A DNA stretch of 64,000 nucleotides, taken from a virus. The notes below the pieces were generated by a model that saw nothing but the letters and a program-made list of their open reading frames with translations, was not told the origin of the DNA and ran no database searches. Position numbers and translations under genes: made by a program. Of the stretch, positions 50,001 to 59,202 are shown piece after piece. The stretch lies in the IMG/VR virus record IMGVR_UViG_3300009149_007629, positions 5,178-69,177 of that record; one strand, given 5' to 3'. Each line of letters begins with the position of its first letter. The stretch's first letter is position 1.

Positions 50001-53000
50001 ACGAAATCTTCATTAACATAGAAAGAAGAGGTAGATAAACTCTCGTCATAAATCGATTCTGATTTAAAGAGCTTTTCCCCCAATATCTCGTAATTATTTA
50101 TATCATCAACTAGATCCTTAACAGTTATGTACTCTTCTAAAGCATCGTTATATAATGAAAAAGCCACCAATATAGGGGTATATTGCCCTATTTCATTTCT
50201 AAGGTCGCTTCTTTCTGTCGCCTCTAAATACCCACCCTTAAGAACAAGTATCTTCTTAAGATTCTCATCAAAATGAACATAGTACTGAGGATTCTGGATA
50301 ATCCTAACCACAGACCCTGCTTGATACTCAGTATCTGCTGTTATCCTTATAACAGGAGTATCTGGCTTCATTGTGTAGAAGTTACCTAAGTAACTAAGCT
50401 CCAGTGTCGATTTTTCACGACCATCCTGTGTATAAATTCTATCTTCAATATTTTTGTTTAAAAAGAGTATCCTTGAATCCGCTTCTAAATGATCCGCAAC
50501 ATTTGTAACTTGTAATATTAAGCCTGTTGAGGAAGAACCCGTAAAGGTCCCTTCAAGCATATCCTTAGTAACTTTATTTTCAAAATTCCCAAAAGAATTT
50601 GTGGCATTGAATATAGCAGCTCCGTTATATCTGTAACTATTAATATCTGATACTACAGAATCTAACTTTTTATATACTACAGTCTCTACTCCTCCGTATA
50701 TCTTTATATCATATAAGGGGGTGGTATACGTTATGGATTGTCCAGAAACAATAAAGTCTATCTTAATCAGTTTACCCTTAAGGTCTGAATATACCGAAAC
50801 AGTTGAGGACGTTATGGGAGAAAGAAAGGTAATGGAGATAGCATCTAATTTATATAGACCTACATCTAGTACTCCGACATTCTCGGTGTACATCTTTTTA
50901 GCATCCTCTTGATAGATAAGACCCTCTTCAAGGCTCGTGGCCCATCTTACGTAATCTTTTCTCCAAGTAACATTATTAGTGTTATTTATATTATAGTAAA
51001 GTAAGGACCGCTCATAAAAACCTTTATAGATATTGTAAGCTTCTAAAGTCTGTTCAAAGCTTTTTTTAATGGCAGGCGTAGCATCATCCTCATAATTTAC
51101 ACCATCTGGTTTTAATACCCTCATCAGAGGGCCATTATCACTTATAAGAAACCGGAGCTCTGGTAAAGATGCTAGTATACGGCTATACATAATATCCGAG
51201 ATACCATTTTCTGTACCACCTATAGGTTTTGACAGAAGATTTTGGAAGATACTAAAAACTTTATTCAACCGACCCTGTTCAAATGCCCGGGCCAATTTAT
51301 CACCATGGTCATAGAGATCCTTTAAGATCATCTCTTCTGTCTGCCACCCCTGTTTCTCCAACAATAACTTTCTATACAAGCATTCTGGATCATAGAAGTT
51401 CTTATACTCTAAGTATTCTGTATACCCATAATCTTCTACAGTGTTATTAGAGGATCCATTCTTTACCCTAAACCACCAATCACGATCTTTAGCTCTTATC
51501 CGTATAGAATCGTAATATCCTGTAGACTCATCCTTATCATAGTTTTTATCGAAGGATAAATTGAAATAACGAAAAAACCCTTTTTTAGGATCTTCTTTTA
51601 TGTCATAGAATATGATAGGGTCCGTTAAAGTAGGGATCTCATATTTTACAGTAAAATCAAATCGAAGGGCATCTAGGACATCATCTACATTACGCTCCTC
51701 TTTATTACTCAGCTTACTTAAATCTATTGACCCAAGAGATTTCCAATCAGACTCCGGATCTTTTTTTACTTCAATTTCAAAATTTTTAACGGGCTCGCCC
51801 GTAAATAAAGAAATAAAAAAATTAGAGGGTTTGTTGATCCTTCTTGTATCAATTACCTGCCCAGGTATCTTATCCCCCACAGAGGAAGCTACCAAACTAT
51901 GAGAATCATCAAACATCGGAAAAGATTCAGACTGCTGCCTTTTTATCCACACATAGTACCCTGTAGCAGAGAAGCTGTCTACCAAAGTATCAAAAGTAAG
52001 ATCTACCCCATATTTATCTTTAAAAGCTGAGCCATGGGAGCTCTGAAGGCTCTTCAAATCATAATCAGTGATGCCCTTAACTTTAAAACCACCTGTTATC
52101 TTTATATATTCATATTCTTTATCTTTAGGAGATACGATGCTATTAACATTATAGTATGTTTTTGAGGCATCAAGTCTAACAGAATCCCCTACATTTATTC
52201 TTTTTAAAAAGGTATACTCATCACTAGTGAATGTCCGATCTTTTAATGGTATCGGCTGTGTATATTCTCCAACAAGAGTATCCTCTATGTAGTCATCTTT
52301 AATGTAGTCATCTTTAATGCATACAAAATCGATATCTGATTTTCGTGCCCAATAAGGTTTTGATGCCTTTATAATACCTACAGTAACAGGCGTATTATCA
52401 TTCCCTATATAGGTGATATTGCAGCAGTATACTTCCCCTGACTCTTTGTACTCATTAGAAAACCTATCATAATAATCAGGAGCAGTACGATTGTATCCTA
52501 CCGGAAAGAACTGAGAGAATTGATTTTCAATCTGATCAATATCGTCCTGTGTAGTTAGCGTATAATCCTGATCTTCTACGACGCTATCATTTAATGTGTA
52601 GCTGCTTCCTACTTTCCCTACTGCATTACTATGCGCGAATTTAAACCCAACAGAAAGCTGCAGCTCAGAGCTGAAACCTCTTAACCTCTGTTTATACCAA
52701 TCAAAAAATCTAAGGTATAGCTGCTTCTTTATTCTCTCATCAACAAGTTTATAGTTATCATCTGATACTCCACCTTCATAAGGAGGAGTGTCGGGTGAGG
52801 ATGGGCTAGTATCTACTCCTACGCCTCCTCCAGACCCCTTCTGCTCCTGTATCTGATCTATCTGAGGTATTACCACGATCTCAGAGAACTGCCTCTCAGT
52901 AAGCTTCTGGAGGTAAAACTGATCAATATTTATATAGTCTAAAGACACATCTACTTTATAACCTACAGGAATGCTGGCATAATATCGACAACTAGCTGTG

Positions 53001-56000
53001 ATAGATTCTCCAATACTATCTACAAGGCTGTCCTGGCCCATATAATTAAGACTGAATCTATCGAGACCTCTAATACCCTCAGCAAGAACTATCTCTCCTG
53101 TAGTAATAGAATAATCAGTATCTACTTCTAATCTCCTCTTATTTATATTGGACCCTAGATCTCTCCATTCATCTAGGGGCAGGGCCTCTCTCGTATATTT
53201 AATATAACCAGAATAGTTCTCATCCCTTATCGCGGGATTAAGTGTGGGAGTAAACTTCAGAATAAAAAATTCTGAAGTCTGTCCAATATCTAAAACTTTA
53301 TAGATATATTTATCTTCTATTTTAAATACAGTATCTAGGAGAATATCTGAAGGTTTCTGACCTAAAAATTTTATAGTAGATGCCTCAGGGTCTACCTCTA
53401 CTACGGTGCTATCTAATACCAGGTAATCTTCTACTCTATTTGTATAGGTTACAGGACCATCCATACCTACTACAAAAGTATCTTTTATCTTAACTAAAGT
53501 ATTTTCGTTGAAAGAGCTCTCCAGCACTTCATGATAATACACTGTATTGTAGTCTTTGTCTGCAAAAGCTACTAGAGTATTTTCCTTAAATTTATCCGTT
53601 GCATCATAATTTTCTACATCAAAATATGAGGCATCTTTTTCCATCTTAAGAATGGACCACTTAAAAAGCTCGGGACTTACTGTAAGAGTATACGGTAGAT
53701 CGACCTGGTCGGAGACTTCAAAAGGTATTATTAAATCAGCACTCCAATCCCCACCGGGCAACACATAGGTTGTGCTAAAAGGCTTATACTCTGGGACACC
53801 CTCTACTACCGTTATATTATCATTATAGGTAGATTTAATCTCCTTTATAGCATCAGACAACCCTTTTACTGTAGTATAGCCAGAAAAAAGAACTTCATAA
53901 GGTTCCGGGTTCTGTACACCTGATATTGATTCATATAACTGGATCCTATCCGGAAGAACCAATATTTTACCTTCTCCTTCAAAACCTGTAGGAGATTTAT
54001 AAGCCACGGAAAAAGCAGGTTCCTCTGGATCTAATAATATAGGATAAGAGGCATTAAGTACTGTCGTACCTTCTTCTGCTACTGGATACGGAGTATACTC
54101 TATTGTATCCTGTATCTGCTTATTAAGTGTAGGGAAGATCCCTAATACTACTGCATTCTCCCCTGCTATAGCTACAGAAGTCACAGAATAAATATCCTGC
54201 ATATCTGCCTGAAGAAGGGTATTTACCCGTATCTTGTTTATTATCCCATTAACATCATTTGTGTAAAGAAGTATCGCTTCAGAACCCTCCAAAGCTTCTT
54301 TATCTACTAAAGACCCTTCGGGTAACGATGACCACTCTATTGAATCATCTAACAGATAAAAATTAGGATTGAATACCGCATTATCAAATTCCCCGTAGAT
54401 AGATATATACGTATCACCGTTGAGGTAGGTTGCATCCTTAATACGATAATAATAAGTTTCTTCCGGATCAAAATTATCTATTCTTAATACAGACTCTTTT
54501 TTTAATACATCAGTCCTATCAAAACCCTCTATCTTAAAACTAGATGCCCCATCTTCTATCCTTAGATATGTAACAACTACCGGGGCATAAGGGAGACCTT
54601 CCGATTGGAAATCATATGTAGCTAATACAGTATCTTCACTATCTACCCTATTCTCATTAACGTCATCATCTAAAAGTACTTCTCTTATTACATCAGTATA
54701 TGTATATCCATCTGTTATATACTTTTCCTCTGGACGTTCCCTAACATATACATTTGATAGTGTCCCATCAATAATAGTCCCATCAAAAGTATATTTACCG
54801 TCATCCCCATTCTTAAGAAATGGATTTTCCTTTGGTATTGATACCCGAGGGTTATTTACAGTAAAAACAAGACTCTTACCATCTGTAACTGTTAAGATAT
54901 CATCTATAATTTTCATCCTATAAATAAGAGCATTCCCGGAGGTAGGCCGTAATACACAATTTATAGATGCTAGAGGAGTGTAGGATACCTGAAGAGATAT
55001 TGTACTCTCCTCCGAAGACTCATTTAGTACTAACTTCCCTGTTAAATAAGATATAGTAAAATCTGTACCTTCTATTAGTACCCGACTATCTGTGAAGATC
55101 TCTCCCTCTGTTTCTATTTCATATTTTTTGAGGATTGATACTGATTCTTCTAGTATCGGGTACTGCTTTGTTCTTAGTACTTGTGGGTATATAGTCTCAT
55201 CTACAACATCATCGCCCTCTACGTAATAAGATGCCAGAAAAACATCTGTACTCTTAGGAGATTTGGAAAACGCTAACGCCCCTGATTCTGTCTCGAGGAT
55301 ATAATCGATATCTCTTATTAAATTATTACTATCTGTATCTTCAAAATAAACTGGATAATCTATATCGTATACGCCTTCTACTGGAGGCACTACCAAATTA
55401 TCAATATCTATTACTTCATCTTCCTTAACACCTTTTATAAGACTGATGCCGTCCCAGATTAACCTTTTAGGATACGCGATGACATTAACCAGGTTCTCTT
55501 CATTCTGGTGCTTTATAAAATTTACCTGACCTGTGACTTCATTTAAAAGATAATCCTGATTATTAGATTTTTCTTTACCCCCTACTGTAATAGAATCTGA
55601 TCCAGGAGTAATATTCTGTACAGGCCTCTCAACATCTTCTTTATCCTTAGATATTAAAGCTATCTGACCGTCAAAATCAGTACCCACTGCTTCTACCTGG
55701 ATCTCATTATCTAACTCACCCAAAAACTTTATAAAGGCTACTTTGCGTTCTTCGTATGGCGGGTAAGGGAATTTAAGTGTAGGATCCTGACTATAATTTA
55801 TAACATAATCTACAAATTCCTCTTTAAGCTCGGGCTCTTCTCCTAATTTCCCCCAGTACACTCTTAAACTTTCATGCGGGTATGGTATCGGGCTTACAGA
55901 TAGGTCAAAGATCTCTGTAGTATTCCCATCTACTAGTGTCTTATAAGTAGTATTTACTGTCATCAAATCTGCTGCGCTACTTATGGAACTCTTCTGAAAC

Positions 56001-56581
56001 TGTATGTCTAAATTAGGATCAAATTCAAATTTTTCTGTAGGAGCTATCTCAGGGCCCTCGGGTTGGATACCCGTATATGCCCAGGTACTTTTCTCATCAT
56101 CATAGGATATAATATTTTCGTCATTATGACTTTTTATGTACTCATACTTTACACTATCAAGTTGGATTTTTCTGACAGTAGATGGACCCTCTTGTACATC
56201 TGGATCTTCTTCATTCTCTTTTTTATAATCAGTTGTAAGGTAGATATTATTTCCCTGCATACCTGTTACAGTATAAAACTGATAATCAGTATCTAATCTT
56301 ATCCTATCAGAGTAAGAAACATCCTGTGATCCAGTATAGCCTCTTACAACAGCACTACCCTCTGTAAATATCCCATAGCTCTTAAGATCATTTGCAGATA
56401 AAGAGGATTGTATCAGGTAGTCTGCACTAAGACCGGTTTCACCCGTCTTAACGCCCTGCTCACCGCTGCCATTTACTATAATGGTATTAGTCGTTGGAGC
56501 ATTCCTAAGCCCTACTCTAACACCTCTTGCAACAGTATCTTCTAAATAGATCGACTTTAAGTTAAATACTTCTGATGCCAT
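47027..56581 (-). CDS. giant (3184 aa) acidic, beta-rich baseplate/tail structural protein
   Basis: Repeated (E/D)xxDY...G.(I/L/V).F modules and T(I/V)xxLVxxIN modules; located between spike and wedge genes. Confidence 0.75.
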   Translation of the reverse strand: MASEVFNLKSIYLEDTVARGVRVGLRNAPTTNTIIVNGSGEQGVKTGETGLSADYLIQSSLSANDLKSYGIFTEGSAVVRGYTGSQDVSYSDRIRLDTDYQFYTVTGMQGNNIYLTTDYKKENEEDPDVQEGPSTVRKIQLDSVKYEYIKSHNDENIISYDDEKSTWAYTGIQPEGPEIAPTEKFEFDPNLDIQFQKSSISSAADLMTVNTTYKTLVDGNTTEIFDLSVSPIPYPHESLRVYWGKLGEEPELKEEFVDYVINYSQDPTLKFPYPPYEERKVAFIKFLGELDNEIQVEAVGTDFDGQIALISKDKEDVERPVQNITPGSDSITVGGKEKSNNQDYLLNEVTGQVNFIKHQNEENLVNVIAYPKRLIWDGISLIKGVKEDEVIDIDNLVVPPVEGVYDIDYPVYFEDTDSNNLIRDIDYILETESGALAFSKSPKSTDVFLASYYVEGDDVVDETIYPQVLRTKQYPILEESVSILKKYEIETEGEIFTDSRVLIEGTDFTISYLTGKLVLNESSEESTISLQVSYTPLASINCVLRPTSGNALIYRMKIIDDILTVTDGKSLVFTVNNPRVSIPKENPFLKNGDDGKYTFDGTIIDGTLSNVYVRERPEEKYITDGYTYTDVIREVLLDDDVNENRVDSEDTVLATYDFQSEGLPYAPVVVTYLRIEDGASSFKIEGFDRTDVLKKESVLRIDNFDPEETYYYRIKDATYLNGDTYISIYGEFDNAVFNPNFYLLDDSIEWSSLPEGSLVDKEALEGSEAILLYTNDVNGIINKIRVNTLLQADMQDIYSVTSVAIAGENAVVLGIFPTLNKQIQDTIEYTPYPVAEEGTTVLNASYPILLDPEEPAFSVAYKSPTGFEGEGKILVLPDRIQLYESISGVQNPEPYEVLFSGYTTVKGLSDAIKEIKSTYNDNITVVEGVPEYKPFSTTYVLPGGDWSADLIIPFEVSDQVDLPYTLTVSPELFKWSILKMEKDASYFDVENYDATDKFKENTLVAFADKDYNTVYYHEVLESSFNENTLVKIKDTFVVGMDGPVTYTNRVEDYLVLDSTVVEVDPEASTIKFLGQKPSDILLDTVFKIEDKYIYKVLDIGQTSEFFILKFTPTLNPAIRDENYSGYIKYTREALPLDEWRDLGSNINKRRLEVDTDYSITTGEIVLAEGIRGLDRFSLNYMGQDSLVDSIGESITASCRYYASIPVGYKVDVSLDYINIDQFYLQKLTERQFSEIVVIPQIDQIQEQKGSGGGVGVDTSPSSPDTPPYEGGVSDDNYKLVDERIKKQLYLRFFDWYKQRLRGFSSELQLSVGFKFAHSNAVGKVGSSYTLNDSVVEDQDYTLTTQDDIDQIENQFSQFFPVGYNRTAPDYYDRFSNEYKESGEVYCCNITYIGNDNTPVTVGIIKASKPYWARKSDIDFVCIKDDYIKDDYIEDTLVGEYTQPIPLKDRTFTSDEYTFLKRINVGDSVRLDASKTYYNVNSIVSPKDKEYEYIKITGGFKVKGITDYDLKSLQSSHGSAFKDKYGVDLTFDTLVDSFSATGYYVWIKRQQSESFPMFDDSHSLVASSVGDKIPGQVIDTRRINKPSNFFISLFTGEPVKNFEIEVKKDPESDWKSLGSIDLSKLSNKEERNVDDVLDALRFDFTVKYEIPTLTDPIIFYDIKEDPKKGFFRYFNLSFDKNYDKDESTGYYDSIRIRAKDRDWWFRVKNGSSNNTVEDYGYTEYLEYKNFYDPECLYRKLLLEKQGWQTEEMILKDLYDHGDKLARAFEQGRLNKVFSIFQNLLSKPIGGTENGISDIMYSRILASLPELRFLISDNGPLMRVLKPDGVNYEDDATPAIKKSFEQTLEAYNIYKGFYERSLLYYNINNTNNVTWRKDYVRWATSLEEGLIYQEDAKKMYTENVGVLDVGLYKLDAISITFLSPITSSTVSVYSDLKGKLIKIDFIVSGQSITYTTPLYDIKIYGGVETVVYKKLDSVVSDINSYRYNGAAIFNATNSFGNFENKVTKDMLEGTFTGSSSTGLILQVTNVADHLEADSRILFLNKNIEDRIYTQDGREKSTLELSYLGNFYTMKPDTPVIRITADTEYQAGSVVRIIQNPQYYVHFDENLKKILVLKGGYLEATERSDLRNEIGQYTPILVAFSLYNDALEEYITVKDLVDDINNYEILGEKLFKSESIYDESLSTSSFYVNEDFVKAKYERSESAYIIDLYAHLDTTFDNTDEDLNQGRYKVFVDGDTHRKMEVIFGAIIQDGRYIVEDNDGISTSFVFDMQKDNDEFYTISEFSEIINSFVYKQDNLFNMEVVYQEDPLGDLSTRYMVADNEYYPLPANNPEILYSDIYLDTSNFDSDNKRDTTNVQNAYFSFPMYTANGNTNKTAIEGIPVSGSWDSSTGDPVVLLNCIDDAAWEITYTGYSTAGDSKYFDPPPAILEDIDKNGYITAEQQAQLQSLLYLDKPEITILKELVLRKERTDKVPLELRINLRKEATINDLVSAINAARFDAEGTQTPLGERQIWEASLIGDPEVQGEYKSYEIFSEYTPVIRSYEVVGENGSSTFKSDQFIGWSLISTDLKKDDPFTIVMDSKRYSYGPNYSFNMDDPKTAQEKTLTAIPQGYRTDITPFDVFCWDEKDTNGDRYVQVKDNWIYFKSANVFYTSAADYGQPDKTLGYGIPLAGSGHNQAPEGEYLLSLVERINGNSLLNKYFYANLIFTRTSPNKAGQFEYNYLPNYKQTIEDKSEIVDFNLADANVMAIRPGRDYRFTSSNYSTDSGTKSITITCDYEYDYQYTFGYNFLSPANTTIQQLVDGINSGVAPEFSLSVFQAQVVGSYGTTLSTELLSVTPETAISDSYIDLDITGNNTAMRLKVRSLTGAVYEISDATYEISADRKSLTLKCKIVYQSTYTLNSFSYSSMSIGSLVNYIGSITDLADPVFPPLFRSNLVNSFYADRPASYLQDSSGSFSGGAFISSYLGYLVGLRLLNMSNETSVTVDTDNIVLNSNNLTIAQTSNKNLYSWIDDTLLGNYKTGFLGSNVLPMKVGGVYYGTLASVVEKVLPYNTPWKVYFGVLGEMKFIQVSDYNLHTQLNWIKNRLAQPWKNEFGIVVPDYYTPQNYSEDNPYGLDFDNFLNFIRNVRYNQIKESIENEAIIQNKYFWLYMKFHREFGCDQRVKALQDQIEKNQQDTEIIGDVE
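52287..52319. repeat. perfect 15-bp in-frame tandem duplication (IKDDY x2)
   Basis: atgtagtcatcttta atgtagtcatcttta atg. Confidence 0.9.
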
Positions 56582-56590
56582 TCTAAACCT

Positions 56591-57208
56591 TTATACGATT
56601 TGAGTTGTTACTGAAGGGATACCGGCTACAGGTACGGGCCCCACAGGTGGTATAGGAGCGACTGCCCCTAATACACTAACAGAGATACTTACAGATGTCT
56701 TTAAATGTGTTACAATACCATATGCTATAATGTCGGACATAGCGCCTACCTGTGTACCCAGCATAGCTCTAAAGAGCATCTCTGAGGATATTCTACTAGA
56801 TAGTAACTTTTCTGAAATATTTACAAATTTACCAATACCAGTACCTATACCACAACCTAATACAGTACCAGTCAAATATAACGAAAAAAGTGCCTGTGCT
56901 ACCCCAGCTGATATCGCATTATATAGATCTAAACTATTCTTTCCAGTAAAACCTTTCGAAAGCCCCCTAGTGAACATAAGCGAGCTCATCAGTTTCGGGG
57001 AAACCCCTAATACACTTAAACTTGAAATTACTCCTGAGGGCCCTGCAGTACCACTTACTACACACGTTACAACATTTGGTATCAACAAAAGAGAACCTAC
57101 AGCATTGCCTATAGCTGAAGCAATATCCCTACTATTTTTACCCAGTAGGCCTTTGCTTAGCATGTTAGCATTTATTGCTGCTGTTATCGTTATAGGATTT
57201 AATGGCAT
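56591..57208 (-). CDS. hydrophobic Gly/Ala/Ser-rich protein with three internal repeats, spike-associated
   Basis: SKGLLGKN..IASAI / SKGFTGKN..LYNAI / FRAMLGTQ..MSDII; immediately downstream of the spike gene. Confidence 0.7.
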   Translation of the reverse strand: MPLNPITITAAINANMLSKGLLGKNSRDIASAIGNAVGSLLLIPNVVTCVVSGTAGPSGVISSLSVLGVSPKLMSSLMFTRGLSKGFTGKNSLDLYNAISAGVAQALFSLYLTGTVLGCGIGTGIGKFVNISEKLLSSRISSEMLFRAMLGTQVGAMSDIIAYGIVTHLKTSVSISVSVLGAVAPIPPVGPVPVAGIPSVTTQIV

Positions 57209-57210
57209 AG

Positions 57211-59202
57211 TTAAGAGGATGCTGTAACAGAAAAAGATCCTATCAAAGGCGCACCAGTTATATAATCTCTATGCGTCAAAGTTGTAATTACACCCCCAGC
57301 AGGAGTCCGACCCTTTAATGCTATTGATCCACCCTTTATTGTTACTTTAGAAATTAGATTAGTCTTTATATCTATATTTTGTAAAGCTTTTAATTCCATT
57401 TTACCAGATTTAGTTTCAATTGACACATTTCCTGAAGCAGTACTAGCAGATATATTACCCTTACCAATAACAGCTCCGTAATTACCTACTCCTATATTTA
57501 ATTTTCTATTACCAGTTATTATTGTTTCTTCTATATTACCTTTTGTTAATGTAGTCCTCTTATTCCCAGTAACAAGTATCTGCTCTGTTATGTCCCCCTT
57601 GGGCCCTTGAATAATAAGCTCAGAACTTCCTGAGGTTATTCGAGTCTTACGACTTCCAAAAGTTTCCTGCTTTTCTTTATTTACGGTAACAGTAAAAACA
57701 CTGTTAACATTTAGATTATAGTCAGCTCCGACTATGATGCTAGATGAGCCTGCGACACTCTCTTGCCTTGCACCGCCTATTTCAAGTCGTTCCCTGCCCC
57801 CAATAACTGTCTCTCTTTTTCCTGTTACTTCTTTTCTTTCATTGCCCTGGACCAGTTCTATTTTTTTATAGGATGATATGTTATCTAAGTTGGTATTTGT
57901 ACGGTCCAGATCAGCTATAGTCTGCACATCTTCTGTGTATCCGTATTTAAAAAATACAGAGCTTGATGTACGCACATCCATACTTCTTTTTTTGTATGGA
58001 TTATCATTTCGGTCATTGTGGTTTCCAACTACCCACTTTAACCCTCCCTTAAGAGCCAGGTCCCAAGCATTACCATATGAGGCATCTGCTCCCCATATCT
58101 CTTTTTTATTCCCCTTGGCCAGGATAGACATAGATCTACCTCGCCCTAGCCCAGAAGCTGTCGCTGATGGGATATACTGGTAGAAATGCCCCTCTTTATC
58201 CACTCCAAAAAAAGCGCCCCTTTTAGGATCTCTTCTATCCGGTTTAAATAAAGATATCGCTAAGCCTCGTGTAAGATACTCGTCTCCCGCCAAAGCTGTA
58301 AAATTCAAATCCCCATCTTCATCATTTTTATCCTTAAAAAGACTTATACCCAAAACTTCAGCATAAGTATCTGCCCCTATATTGTTACCTACCAAATTCC
58401 CTAGGGCAAAGATAGCTATAGGATTTCTACGAGTCCGATTACGAGTCCCATTTATATCATTGCTCTGCTGAAAAGGCAGGCCATAGTCATCTACCTCTAT
58501 TAAGTACTCTGTTAATTCCCGGGAAGAAAATGTTTGTCCCTCAGGTTTAAGCAGATATGATGTTCTACCGTCTTTTAAGACATCTCTGCGAGCATAACCT
58601 TTTTCTTTTACTAAAGAGTTTCGCCTAACAGACCCCCTACTACACCAGATACCATTAGCAAAGACGAAGTTACTTAAAGAAGTTGCATGGATGCTATTAT
58701 CGAATGGTGATACTGTTATTTTATTAGCCTGAGATTCAATATCAATAGAATCTCCCAGAAATATCTCAGAGTGTTTAGAAGACCCAAATGCCAACTCACC
58801 TTGATTCAACTTTTTAATATTATAAAAGAAAACATTCTTTTCTTGGAGGCCTACGCTATCTGGCCACATCTGAAGTGTCCGGCTATCTAATCCCGCATAA
58901 TAATTTGGCAGGTATGTAATCGGCCAAAGAAAATTTCTTTGACTTCCTAGAATAACGATACTCCCAACTTCAGGCATAGCTGCTATATAGCTAGAGGTGC
59001 CCGCATACGGCTGTGTTATCCCTATGCTATTTATAGTCCCTTTTTGATCAAACATCTCAACAGTCATAGTCCACTTATTCTCATCGATAGATTTTATTCT
59101 ACCTACAAGAAATGTCAGATCTTCGTATTTTCTTATACCTAAAGGAAGCTTCTTCCCATCAGGTATCCTAGGACCTACGTACCTGTAATTGTTATCTATC
59201 AT
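57211..59202 (-). CDS. baseplate central spike (gp5/gpV/VgrG-like)
   Basis: N-terminal OB-fold (GRIKSID...MPEVGSIV); C-terminal beta-helix repeats (VQGNERKEVTGKRETVIGGRERLEIGG); terminal HRDYITG. Confidence 0.85.
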   Translation of the reverse strand: MIDNNYRYVGPRIPDGKKLPLGIRKYEDLTFLVGRIKSIDENKWTMTVEMFDQKGTINSIGITQPYAGTSSYIAAMPEVGSIVILGSQRNFLWPITYLPNYYAGLDSRTLQMWPDSVGLQEKNVFFYNIKKLNQGELAFGSSKHSEIFLGDSIDIESQANKITVSPFDNSIHATSLSNFVFANGIWCSRGSVRRNSLVKEKGYARRDVLKDGRTSYLLKPEGQTFSSRELTEYLIEVDDYGLPFQQSNDINGTRNRTRRNPIAIFALGNLVGNNIGADTYAEVLGISLFKDKNDEDGDLNFTALAGDEYLTRGLAISLFKPDRRDPKRGAFFGVDKEGHFYQYIPSATASGLGRGRSMSILAKGNKKEIWGADASYGNAWDLALKGGLKWVVGNHNDRNDNPYKKRSMDVRTSSSVFFKYGYTEDVQTIADLDRTNTNLDNISSYKKIELVQGNERKEVTGKRETVIGGRERLEIGGARQESVAGSSSIIVGADYNLNVNSVFTVTVNKEKQETFGSRKTRITSGSSELIIQGPKGDITEQILVTGNKRTTLTKGNIEETIITGNRKLNIGVGNYGAVIGKGNISASTASGNVSIETKSGKMELKALQNIDIKTNLISKVTIKGGSIALKGRTPAGGVITTLTHRDYITGAPLIGSFSVTASS

